NCBI GenBank assembly: GCA_029210645.1
Contig: JARGFT010000001.1
Location: 235,595 to 299,594 of the forward strand
DNA length: 64,000 nt
Direction: 5' to 3'
Source of the DNA: Anaerosomatales bacterium
GTDB lineage: Bacteria > Actinomycetota > Coriobacteriia > Anaerosomatales > SLCP01
In this document: positions 8,651 to 16,796 of the stretch, piece by piece
Layout: every line of letters starts with the position of its first letter
Position numbering within the stretch: the first letter of the stretch is position 1
Translations under genes and position numbers: made by a program
Notes under the pieces: generated by a model
Told to the model about the DNA's origin: nothing
Databases searched by the model: none
Seen by the model: the letters and a program-made list of their open reading frames with translations, nothing else

Positions 8651-10090
8651 GTGACCGAGGTCAGCATGCTGGTCGCATTCGCGCCCCACATCGCGTGCGT
8701 GATCGGGGCTGCTGCGGCAGTGGCCGCAGATGCGTTCGAGCGCCGGGGGCTAGCGATCACTCTCGCGGTCGTCGGCCTGATCGCCGGAGCCGTCCTCGCG
8801 TTTGCGAGCAGCGCTCGCGCGCCAGAGCTGACCGGCGACGTCGTGCTCTCGGGTACGGGCTTCTCGGCCACGGTCGGGATCATCTGTACGATAGCAGCAC
8901 TCGTGCTTGTCGGTTCGTGGCGCCCGCTCACCGAGGCAGATCACGGCGGCGGCCTTGCAGCGCTGGCAGCAGTCTTGGTCGCAGCGGCGGCATCGGCTGC
9001 GGTCGCCGCCGACATCCTCGTACTCCTCATCGCGCTGGAGGCGATGGCACTCTGCGCGTACGCGCTGGTGTGGTCTGCTCGCACCGCTGCCGCCACCGAG
9101 GCTGCGGTGAAGTACTTCGTTCAGGGCGCGATCGCCACGGGGCTGTTTGTACTCGGTCTTGCGATCATCTTCGGTCTGTACGGCGGCTCTACGTCCTACG
9201 TGTGGATCCGCGGAGTCATGGGTGCCGAGACCGGACCCCCGGTGACGACGGCGTTTGTTCTGATCGGTGTGGCGCTCGCCTATAAGATCGGCGCCTTCCC
9301 GTTCCACTCGTGGGCTCTCGACGCTTTCGAATCAGCACCCCCTCACTTCTCAGCGCTCCTGGCAGGCGTTCCCAAACTCGCCGTTGTCGTCTCGATGATC
9401 ATCTTGTTCTCGCGCTCGGTCTTCGCCGGCCTGGACGCCGCTTACACGCTGTGGGTCTTCGCGATCCTCGCTGTCCTCTCGATGGCGTTCGGCGCAACCG
9501 GGGGCCTGCTGCAGCGTTCCTACACGCGGATGCTCGCATACTCCGGAGTTGCCCAGATCGGCTATGCACTGGTGGGTGTCGCGCTCGGTGCTGTCTCCAT
9601 GACCTCGGTCGCGCTCCTGCTGACCGCGTATGCGCTTGCGGCAGCAGGCGCATTCCTTGCCGCCGGCGCATTTGCGGCCGCACGGCCCGGATGGGACGGA
9701 ACTATCGCGGGGCTGGCCGGACTGGGCAGAGAGCGTCCGTGGCTCGGTGCGGCGGTTGCAGTCGCGATGTTCTCGCTTATCGGGATGCCGTTGACCGCAG
9801 GGTTCTGGGGGAAGTTCCTCGTCTTCGGTGTTGCCGTGTCCGGAGGGTACTGGTGGCTGGCACTGATCGGCGTCATCGCGTCGGTGATCTCCTTCGGGTA
9901 CTACGGGGCAGTCCTGAAGTCCCTGTACTTCGAGTCAGCGCCAACGCGCGATGACGTGGCGGCGGAGGCTCGCCCCGACCGCGTCTCCGAGGTGGCTGTC
10001 GTCGTCACAGCGCTGCTCGTCCTTGCTATCGGCTGCGCCCCTCTACTCTTCGGTCTGCAGCAGATCCTGAGGGTGCTGACCTTCGCGTAG
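8651..10090 (+). CDS. nuoN: NADH-quinone oxidoreductase subunit N
   Basis: Start GTG 8651 (or ATG 8666); EAAVKYF, KIGAFPFHSW, RMLAYSG, PLTAGFWGKF. Confidence 0.92.
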   Translation: MTEVSMLVAFAPHIACVIGAAAAVAADAFERRGLAITLAVVGLIAGAVLAFASSARAPELTGDVVLSGTGFSATVGIICTIAALVLVGSWRPLTEADHGGGLAALAAVLVAAAASAAVAADILVLLIALEAMALCAYALVWSARTAAATEAAVKYFVQGAIATGLFVLGLAIIFGLYGGSTSYVWIRGVMGAETGPPVTTAFVLIGVALAYKIGAFPFHSWALDAFESAPPHFSALLAGVPKLAVVVSMIILFSRSVFAGLDAAYTLWVFAILAVLSMAFGATGGLLQRSYTRMLAYSGVAQIGYALVGVALGAVSMTSVALLLTAYALAAAGAFLAAGAFAAARPGWDGTIAGLAGLGRERPWLGAAVAVAMFSLIGMPLTAGFWGKFLVFGVAVSGGYWWLALIGVIASVISFGYYGAVLKSLYFESAPTRDDVAAEARPDRVSEVAVVVTALLVLAIGCAPLLFGLQQILRVLTFA

Positions 10091-10118
10091 AGTCCAGAGG
10101 AAAGTATTCACAAGGGTC

Positions 10119-10147
10119 TTGCGCGCCAGAAGAGTGGTGGTTACAAT
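10119..10147 (+). promoter_or_regulatory. Housekeeping-sigma promoter TTGCGC-N17-TACAAT
   Basis: -35 at 10119-10124, 17-bp spacer, -10 at 10142-10147 in an AT-richer intergenic stretch. Confidence 0.7.
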
Positions 10148-10152
10148 CCGTA

Positions 10153-10221
10153 ATGAGTTGCATGCAAGTGCAACCCCTTACCCCTGAGCCTCAAGGTGCC
10201 GGCCTTGGGGCTCTCCCTTTT
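10153..10221 (+). ncRNA. Candidate ~70-nt sRNA or attenuator leader
   Basis: Directly downstream of the promoter: hairpin GTTGCA/TGCAAC, C-rich linker CCCCTTACCCCT, terminator hairpin with T run. Confidence 0.45.
10186..10221 (+). terminator. Intrinsic terminator
   Basis: GAGCCTCAAGG/CCTTGGGGCTC 11-bp stem (one G-U) followed by TCCCTTTT. Confidence 0.7.
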
Positions 10222-10251
10222 GTGCGGCCGTTTTCGGGTCGATCGAAGTGG

Positions 10252-10279
10252 TCAAGGGGTCGACGGCCTTGGCCGATAC
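10252..10279 (+). promoter_or_regulatory. Sigma28 (FliA/SigD/WhiG-type) promoter TCAA-N16-GCCGATAC
   Basis: Matches TAAA-N15/16-GCCGATAA consensus; ends 10 nt before the FlgM-like ATG. Confidence 0.6.
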
Positions 10280-10289
10280 AGAAGGTACG

Positions 10290-10544
10290 ATGATTATCTC
10301 TGATGAGCAGGTCCGACTCGCCGTCGACTACCTGCTGACACACGACACGGATACCGACGAGACTCCGCCCTGCGAGGTCCCCGAGCAGCTTCTCAAACGC
10401 GTCAACGAGACGCTTCGGGCGCTTCCGGAGACGCGGGACGAGCGGCTCATGGAGGCGAGGGCACGGCTGGAGGCTCATCCGCCGTCGGCTCACGAGGTCG
10501 CAGCCAAGATCATCGGACGCGCCATCTCGGACTCCCTGCGCTAG
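10290..10544 (+). CDS. flgM: FlgM-like anti-sigma-28 factor
   Basis: 84 aa from ATG 10290 (MIISDEQV…); C-terminal LPETRDERLMEARARL…EVAAKIIGR resembles the FlgM sigma-binding helices; sigma28-like promoter upstream. Confidence 0.6.
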   Translation: MIISDEQVRLAVDYLLTHDTDTDETPPCEVPEQLLKRVNETLRALPETRDERLMEARARLEAHPPSAHEVAAKIIGRAISDSLR

Positions 10545-10636
10545 ACACCGCATCTCCTCGCGCAGCGGTGCTGGCGTCGTACCTTCGTAGCCTCCATACT
10601 CGGAGTAGCGCTGTGCGTTCGATCCGGGGGGACGCG

Positions 10637-10924
10637 ATGTCAGGCTCGAGCCGATCTCACACGATTCTCACGCTCTTCATGAACGTGCTCTTCTTCGTCG
10701 CCGTCCTTATCACGGGGCGCGTCGTCATCGAGTTCTTCGGTGCACTTGCCATGACGACCGCGGGGGGTGCGATCGTCTCCGTCACAGACATTGTCATCAT
10801 CCCGGCCGGTGTCGCGGGCGTGCGCACTCCGTACGGAGGAGTGTTCGACGTGGACGCGGCGATCACCGTCGGGGTTGTGCTCGTGCTGGAGTGGGCGCTC
10901 AGCGTCGTACGGGCACGGGGATAG
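10637..10924 (+). CDS. Small membrane protein (YggT-like)
   Basis: ATG 10637 after GGGGGG RBS; two hydrophobic segments flanking a VTD…P…GGVFD pattern. Confidence 0.5.
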   Translation: MSGSSRSHTILTLFMNVLFFVAVLITGRVVIEFFGALAMTTAGGAIVSVTDIVIIPAGVAGVRTPYGGVFDVDAAITVGVVLVLEWALSVVRARG

Positions 10925-11017
10925 ACTGACTGAGTGCCGGAGATGATTCGTCGGGATGTGCATGCACCTGCGTGCTGAGATTGAGCCTGCGAAGGGGGCT
11001 ACTGGGATGGTGACGGT

Positions 11018-12211
11018 GTGATGAGTGAATCACGTGCGATCGTGCTCGTGCTCGACAGCGTGGGCGCAGGTGCACTTCCGGATGCTGGTGACTACGGTGA
11101 CGAGGGGAGCAACACCCTCGGCAACACGGCCCGCGCAGTAGGGGGGCTCTCCATGCCCAACCTCGGTGCCATGGGTCTCGGCAATGTCACCGACATCCTC
11201 GGCGTGCCACCAACGGGTACACCTGTGGCTTCCTGGGGTCGGAATGCGGAGGCCAGCGCGGGCAAGGACACGACGACCGGTCACTGGGAGATGATGGGTC
11301 TTCACCTGACGAGGCCGTTTCCCACCTATCCCGATGGCTTCCCCGATGAGGTGATGGTTGCATTCGAGCGTGAAGCCGGTGTGGGATGGCTCGGGAACTA
11401 CCCGGCCAGCGGAACGGTCATCATCCAGGAGCTCGGTGATGAGCACGTCCGCAGCGGGAGACCGATCGTCTACACGAGCGCCGACAGTGTCTTCCAGATC
11501 GCCGCCCACGAGGATGTCATCCCGATCGAGCGGTTGTACGAGCTGTGCCTGATCGCACGCGAGAAGGTGTGTGTGGGCGAACACGCGGTCGGCAGGATCA
11601 TCGCCCGTCCCTTCATAGGCCCGGATGCCGGTGGTGTCTACACGCGCACGCACCGTCGGCGGGACTTCGCGCTTGCGCCATCCGAGCCGACCGTTCTCGA
11701 CCGACTGGCCGAGATCGGTGTGACGACGTATGGCATCGGAAAGATCGGTGAGATATTCGCGTGGCAGGGTGTCTGCGAGTCTCCACACTCGGAGAACAAC
11801 ATGCACGGCTTCGACAATCTGGTGAAGCGCGTCGCGAGCGACACGCCCGGCTTCGTGTTCGCGAACCTGGTCGACTTCGACATGATCTGGGGTCACCGCA
11901 ACGATCCGGAGGGGTACGCGCGCGGGCTCGAGGCGGTGGATGCGCGGATCCCCGACCTGCTCGACGCAATGAACGACGGGGACCTGCTCATCATCACGGC
12001 TGACCACGGATGCGACCCGACCACGCCGTCGACAGACCACAGCAGGGAGTACACGCCGCTCATCGCCAAGATCAAGGGTGTCGATGCCGGTGTGTCCCTC
12101 GGCACGCGAGCCACCTTCTCCGACATCGGGGAAACCGTGCTGGACCACTACGGTATCCCGGGTCGATGCGGGCGCGGTATCTCCTTCCGGGCGGAGGTGC
12201 AACACCGATGA
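11018..12211 (+). CDS. deoB: Phosphopentomutase
   Basis: VLDSVGAG, GKDTTTGHWE, YTSADSVFQIAAHE, NLVDFD..GHRND, TADHGCDP. Confidence 0.96.
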   Translation: MMSESRAIVLVLDSVGAGALPDAGDYGDEGSNTLGNTARAVGGLSMPNLGAMGLGNVTDILGVPPTGTPVASWGRNAEASAGKDTTTGHWEMMGLHLTRPFPTYPDGFPDEVMVAFEREAGVGWLGNYPASGTVIIQELGDEHVRSGRPIVYTSADSVFQIAAHEDVIPIERLYELCLIAREKVCVGEHAVGRIIARPFIGPDAGGVYTRTHRRRDFALAPSEPTVLDRLAEIGVTTYGIGKIGEIFAWQGVCESPHSENNMHGFDNLVKRVASDTPGFVFANLVDFDMIWGHRNDPEGYARGLEAVDARIPDLLDAMNDGDLLIITADHGCDPTTPSTDHSREYTPLIAKIKGVDAGVSLGTRATFSDIGETVLDHYGIPGRCGRGISFRAEVQHR

Positions 12212-13506
12212 CCTTCGAAGAGCTCATAGAGGTCAAACGGGACGGCTCGGAGCATACCCGCTCTCAGATCGATCGGATCGTACTGGGATATGCGTCCGGC
12301 GAGGTCCCGGAGTACCAGATGTCCGCCTGGCTCATGGCGGCCTATCTTAACGGGCTTTCCGCCGATGAGACCGTGTGGCTCACCGATGCGATGGTGCGCT
12401 CGGGACGGATCGTCGATCTCTCGTCGATCCCGGGCATCAAGGTGGACAAGCACTCCACGGGAGGTGTGGCGGACACGACGACTCTCGTCCTGGCGCCGCT
12501 CGTGGCCGCATGCGGAGCACCGTTCGCGAAGATGAGCGGCCGGGGACTCGGATTCACCGGCGGCACGCTCGACAAACTCGAGTCGATACCCGGGATGCGA
12601 ATAGAACTCTCAGCCGCGGACTTCCTCGATCAGGTCGTGCGGGTGGGGGTAGCAGTGATCGCCCAGTCCCCGGACATCGATCCGGCGGACAAGAAGATGT
12701 ACGCGCTTCGCGACGTCACGGCCACGGTCCCGAGCATCCCGCTCATCGTCGGATCGATCATCAGCAAGAAGGTGGCGGGGGGTGCGGACGCCGTCCTGTT
12801 GGATGTGAAGGTCGGGTCCGGCGCGTTCATGAAGACCGAGAAGGAGGCGCGGCACCTTGCCGGGGAACTCACCCGGGTCGGCGTAGCACTGGGCAAGGAC
12901 ATTCACTGCGTGATGAGCGACATGGACCAACCGCTCGGCATGGCCGTTGGCAACGCGCTCGAGGTCATCGAGGCGATCGAGACGCTGCGGTGCACGGGCC
13001 CGGTCGAGCTCACGGAGCTGTGTGTGGCCCTTGCGGGCAGGATGCTCGTGCTCGGCGGTGTGGCGGAAAGCGAGGGTGACGGCCGTTGGCAAGCCGAGCA
13101 AGCACTCTCATCCGGCGCGGCGATGAGGGTCTTCGAGCGCTGGATCGAGACTCAGGGAGGCGACCCGCGAGTGGCCGCAGACGTCTCACGACTTCCCCGG
13201 GCGCACTTCACGCGCGAAGTGACCGCGGAAGAGGGCGGATTCGTGGTCAGGATGGATGCCGAGTGCATCGGCAGAGCTGCGATGATGCTCGGTGCCGGCC
13301 GTGCGGTCGCGGACGACGTCATCGATCCCGGCGCGGGGATGTTGCTCGATGTCCGGATCGGTCACGAGATCGCACCGGGAGACCGCCTGGCGACGCTGTA
13401 CGCCTCGACGGTCGATCAGTTGGATGCCGGAGAGGAGCGCCTGAGGGCCTCTATCGAGCTGGGACCTGACCGGGTGAGCCCTCCGCCGCTCTTCCACGAG
13501 GTGTAG
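12208..13506 (+). CDS. pdp: Pyrimidine-nucleoside/thymidine phosphorylase
   Basis: ATG 12208 overlaps the deoB stop; DKHSTGGV, KMSGRGLGFTGGTLDKLESIPG, LDVKVGSGAFMK. Confidence 0.95.
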   Translation: MTFEELIEVKRDGSEHTRSQIDRIVLGYASGEVPEYQMSAWLMAAYLNGLSADETVWLTDAMVRSGRIVDLSSIPGIKVDKHSTGGVADTTTLVLAPLVAACGAPFAKMSGRGLGFTGGTLDKLESIPGMRIELSAADFLDQVVRVGVAVIAQSPDIDPADKKMYALRDVTATVPSIPLIVGSIISKKVAGGADAVLLDVKVGSGAFMKTEKEARHLAGELTRVGVALGKDIHCVMSDMDQPLGMAVGNALEVIEAIETLRCTGPVELTELCVALAGRMLVLGGVAESEGDGRWQAEQALSSGAAMRVFERWIETQGGDPRVAADVSRLPRAHFTREVTAEEGGFVVRMDAECIGRAAMMLGAGRAVADDVIDPGAGMLLDVRIGHEIAPGDRLATLYASTVDQLDAGEERLRASIELGPDRVSPPPLFHEV

Positions 13507-13511
13507 CCGCT

Positions 13512-16151
13512 TTGGAGCTTGTCGTCGGACATGCAAACCCGGACTTCGATGCGTATGCCGCAACCGCTGCCGCCACGAAGCTCTTTCCGGGTTCACGCGG
13601 CGTGTTCCTCGGTACACAGAACTCCAACGTGCGGGCTTTTCACAACCTGCACGAGGACTTCCTCGAGTTCGTGGACTTGCGCGGACTGGACCTGGACTCA
13701 GTGACGCGGCTGATCGTCGTCGACACGCGTGACGCAGGCCGGATCGGAGAACTCGGCGAGGTGGCGCTGCGCCCCGATGTCGATGTGATCGTGTACGACC
13801 ATCACCCCCCGGCCGAGGGCGACCTCGAGGGCGTGGATGACCGTTCGCTGGAGGTCGGCGCGACGACGTCGATACTGGTGCACGAGATCCACCGCCAGGG
13901 CATCGCGCTCACCCCGCTCGAGGCATCCTTGTTGCTGCTGGGAGTGCATGAAGACACGGGCTCGCTGACCTATCCGGGTACAACGGCGTATGATGCCGAG
14001 GCCGTCGCATACCTCATGGGCGCCGGTGCGGACATGGAGGTGCTCAACCAGTTCCTCTCCAGAGCCCTCGATGCCGAGCAGCTGCGTCTGCTCGAAGACC
14101 TCGTGGGCTCTCTGGAGGTCTGGGACGTCCACGGTCAGCAGGTGGCCGTCGGCGTCGCCCGTGCCGAGGAGTACGTGGACTCTGCCAGCGTTCTGACGCA
14201 CTACATCGTCGAGGACATGGGGTACCGTGTCGCGATAGCCATCGTCGGCATGCCCGGCAGGTTGCAGTTGGTTGCACGCAGCCGGCTTCACGAGGTGGAT
14301 GTCGGGGAGGTCATGAAGCGAATCGGCGGAGGCGGGCATGCTCAGGCAGCGTCGGCTGCCTTCCGCGAACTCGACACAGAGGCGGCCCTTCTGCACGTCC
14401 GGGAAGCGCTTGAACAGGTCGTGCGCCCGCCGCTGAAGGCCAAAGACATCCTGTCGGCTCCGGTTCACACCGTCCAGCCGGACGCCACGATGGCCGAAGC
14501 CGCAACGCTCATGTCGAGCTGGGGCCACGGGGGCCTGCCCGTGGTGGAGGACGATCGCATCGTCGGGTTAGTCACCCGCAAGGACGTCGACAAGGCCGTG
14601 CGTCACCGCCTCTCGCATGCGCCGGTCAAAGGATTCATGACCCGCGAGGTTGTCACGGTTGCTCCCGGCGACGACCTCTACACGCTCGAGAACCTTCTGG
14701 CGGCAAAGGGGATCGGGCGTCTTCCGGTGGTCAGCGACGGAGCCCTCGTCGGCATCGTGACGCGCAAGGACCTTCTGGCAGCACAGCACGGCGATGAGTA
14801 CCTCGATCGCCGTCTGCCACGTGCTCGTGCGCGGTCTACCGAGCGGTTCCTGGCCTCGGTGACCTCGCTTCTGCCCGAGGAGGCCCACGAGGCGCTGCAT
14901 GAGATCGGACGTCTGGCCGAGGAGCACGGCCTGCGCGCACATGCAGTGGGCGGATTCGTTCGCGACATGCTGCTCGGCCGACGCAACCTTGACGTCGACA
15001 TCGTGGTGGAGGGCGACGGGGTCGCTTTCGCGCAGGCCGCTGCCGAAGCTCTCGGTGCCCGCGTGAAGGTGCATAGGCGTTTCGGGACGGCCGTGCTCGT
15101 GCTCTCCAAGACGCTACACCTCGACATCACCAGCGCCCGTACCGAGTACTACACGCGCCCCGGGGCCCTGCCCACGGTCGAGCGCTCATCGCTGCGCCAG
15201 GACTTGTTCCGACGGGACTTCACCGTGAACGCCATGGCCGCATGCGTGAACGCCGAGTGCTTCGGTGCCGTCGCCGACCCGTTCGGCGGCCTGCGCGACC
15301 TCGAGCGCGGTACGCTTCGGGTGCTGCATCCGCTGTCCTTCGTCGAGGACCCGACCCGAGTCTTGCGCGCGGCCCGATTCGAGCGGCGATTCGGGTTCAG
15401 CATGGATGGCGCGACCGAGGATCTGGCGCGACAGGCGGTGGAGATCGGCGTCATCGATGAGGTCAGCGGCGCCCGGATCCGCGAAGAGATGCTCGATATC
15501 ATCGACGAGGACGCGCCGTCGGCGGTATGCGAACGCCTGGACGACCTCGGAGTGCTCGGCGTGCTGCTGCCTGAGGGAGTAGCGGCACACCAGGCCATCG
15601 AGGCGCTCTTCGGTGCCGAGCGCGCGTACCGCACACTCGCAGATGCCTTTGAGCGCGCGCCGCGACGGAGCGTCTCCCTCGTGGCAGCGCTTGTGGCTGA
15701 CAGCGGACGACAGGCAGGAGAGCGCTGGTTGCGCAGGATGCGCTTCGGACGCGAGTACGCCGAGTCCGCGCTCGTGCTCGCGGAGCGGTCGGCGTTTCTC
15801 GGCAAGCGGCTGAAGGACCGGCGGAAGATGCGGGATTCGCGCCTCTATCGCCTCCTCGAACCGGTGCCTCAGGAGGCGCTGGTGCATCTCTGGGCTAGCG
15901 GTGACGCACTGGCGCGCGAGCGCGTGCAGCGGTTCGTGAGCGTGCTCTCGCGCATCAAGCCCGCTGTGACCGGGGAGGACCTCATAGAGATGGGCCTAAC
16001 GCCGTCTCCCGCCTTCTCCGGTATACTCGCGCAAGCGCTTGACGCTCGCCTCGACGGCAAGGCGGTCGGACGGGAGGCCGAGATGGCCAACCTCGGCCGT
16101 CTCGTTTCGCGCGCGGGACTGTCCGCAGATAACCCCCAACAGGGTCGCTAG
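13512..16151 (+). CDS. tRNA nucleotidyltransferase with N-terminal DHH/DHHA1 and CBS domains (CCA/A-adding type)
   Basis: GHANPDFD, YDHH, GGGGH (DHH/DHHA1); paired CBS; VGGFVRD, DVDIVVE, RRDFTVNAMA, EDPTRVLRAARF. Confidence 0.9.
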   Translation: MELVVGHANPDFDAYAATAAATKLFPGSRGVFLGTQNSNVRAFHNLHEDFLEFVDLRGLDLDSVTRLIVVDTRDAGRIGELGEVALRPDVDVIVYDHHPPAEGDLEGVDDRSLEVGATTSILVHEIHRQGIALTPLEASLLLLGVHEDTGSLTYPGTTAYDAEAVAYLMGAGADMEVLNQFLSRALDAEQLRLLEDLVGSLEVWDVHGQQVAVGVARAEEYVDSASVLTHYIVEDMGYRVAIAIVGMPGRLQLVARSRLHEVDVGEVMKRIGGGGHAQAASAAFRELDTEAALLHVREALEQVVRPPLKAKDILSAPVHTVQPDATMAEAATLMSSWGHGGLPVVEDDRIVGLVTRKDVDKAVRHRLSHAPVKGFMTREVVTVAPGDDLYTLENLLAAKGIGRLPVVSDGALVGIVTRKDLLAAQHGDEYLDRRLPRARARSTERFLASVTSLLPEEAHEALHEIGRLAEEHGLRAHAVGGFVRDMLLGRRNLDVDIVVEGDGVAFAQAAAEALGARVKVHRRFGTAVLVLSKTLHLDITSARTEYYTRPGALPTVERSSLRQDLFRRDFTVNAMAACVNAECFGAVADPFGGLRDLERGTLRVLHPLSFVEDPTRVLRAARFERRFGFSMDGATEDLARQAVEIGVIDEVSGARIREEMLDIIDEDAPSAVCERLDDLGVLGVLLPEGVAAHQAIEALFGAERAYRTLADAFERAPRRSVSLVAALVADSGRQAGERWLRRMRFGREYAESALVLAERSAFLGKRLKDRRKMRDSRLYRLLEPVPQEALVHLWASGDALARERVQRFVSVLSRIKPAVTGEDLIEMGLTPSPAFSGILAQALDARLDGKAVGREAEMANLGRLVSRAGLSADNPQQGR

Positions 16152-16163
16152 GAGAACGCACAC

Positions 16164-16793
16164 GTGGACCTTACTCAGATTGCATGGCGATTCGGCCTGC
16201 TGGTGCCCGCGATCGTCATCCACGAGGTCTCGCATGGCTGGGCTGCGTACGCGCTCGGTGATACCACAGCCAAGGACAAGGGGCGTCTGAGCCTCAACCC
16301 CATTCGTCACATAGATCCGTGGGGCACCATCCTTCTGCCGCTACTGATGGTCGCCGTTCTGGGCTTTGGCTTCGGGTATGCGAAGCCCGTGCCCATCAAT
16401 CCGTACCGGTTCAAGGACTACCGCAAAGGGATGTTCCTGACCGGCATCGCCGGTCCGGCATCCAATCTGGTGCTGGCTGCGGTGTCGGGATTGCTGTTTC
16501 GCGTCGTCGGCGGCGCGGGGTTGCTCGGACAGCTGCTCTTCTTCTTCACACTGATGAACCTCGTGCTGATGTTCTTCAACCTGATACCGCTTCCGCCGCT
16601 GGACGGATCGCGGGTGCTGCCGCTCTTCCTTTCCGATCGCGCTCTAGAGGCGTATCACGGAGTCGAACGGTACGGTTTCATCATTATCGTCGCTGCGCTC
16701 TGGCTGTTGCCGTCCTTCTTGAACATCGATCCTCTCGGCTGGTACCTGGGGGCTACGGTCTACCCGCTGCTCGGGCTGTTCACGGGTCTCTAG
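16164..16793 (+). CDS. Site-2 protease (M50) family membrane metalloprotease
   Basis: HEVSH, AGPASN, NLIPLPPLDG. Confidence 0.92.
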   Translation: MDLTQIAWRFGLLVPAIVIHEVSHGWAAYALGDTTAKDKGRLSLNPIRHIDPWGTILLPLLMVAVLGFGFGYAKPVPINPYRFKDYRKGMFLTGIAGPASNLVLAAVSGLLFRVVGGAGLLGQLLFFFTLMNLVLMFFNLIPLPPLDGSRVLPLFLSDRALEAYHGVERYGFIIIVAALWLLPSFLNIDPLGWYLGATVYPLLGLFTGL

Positions 16794-16796
16794 ACC

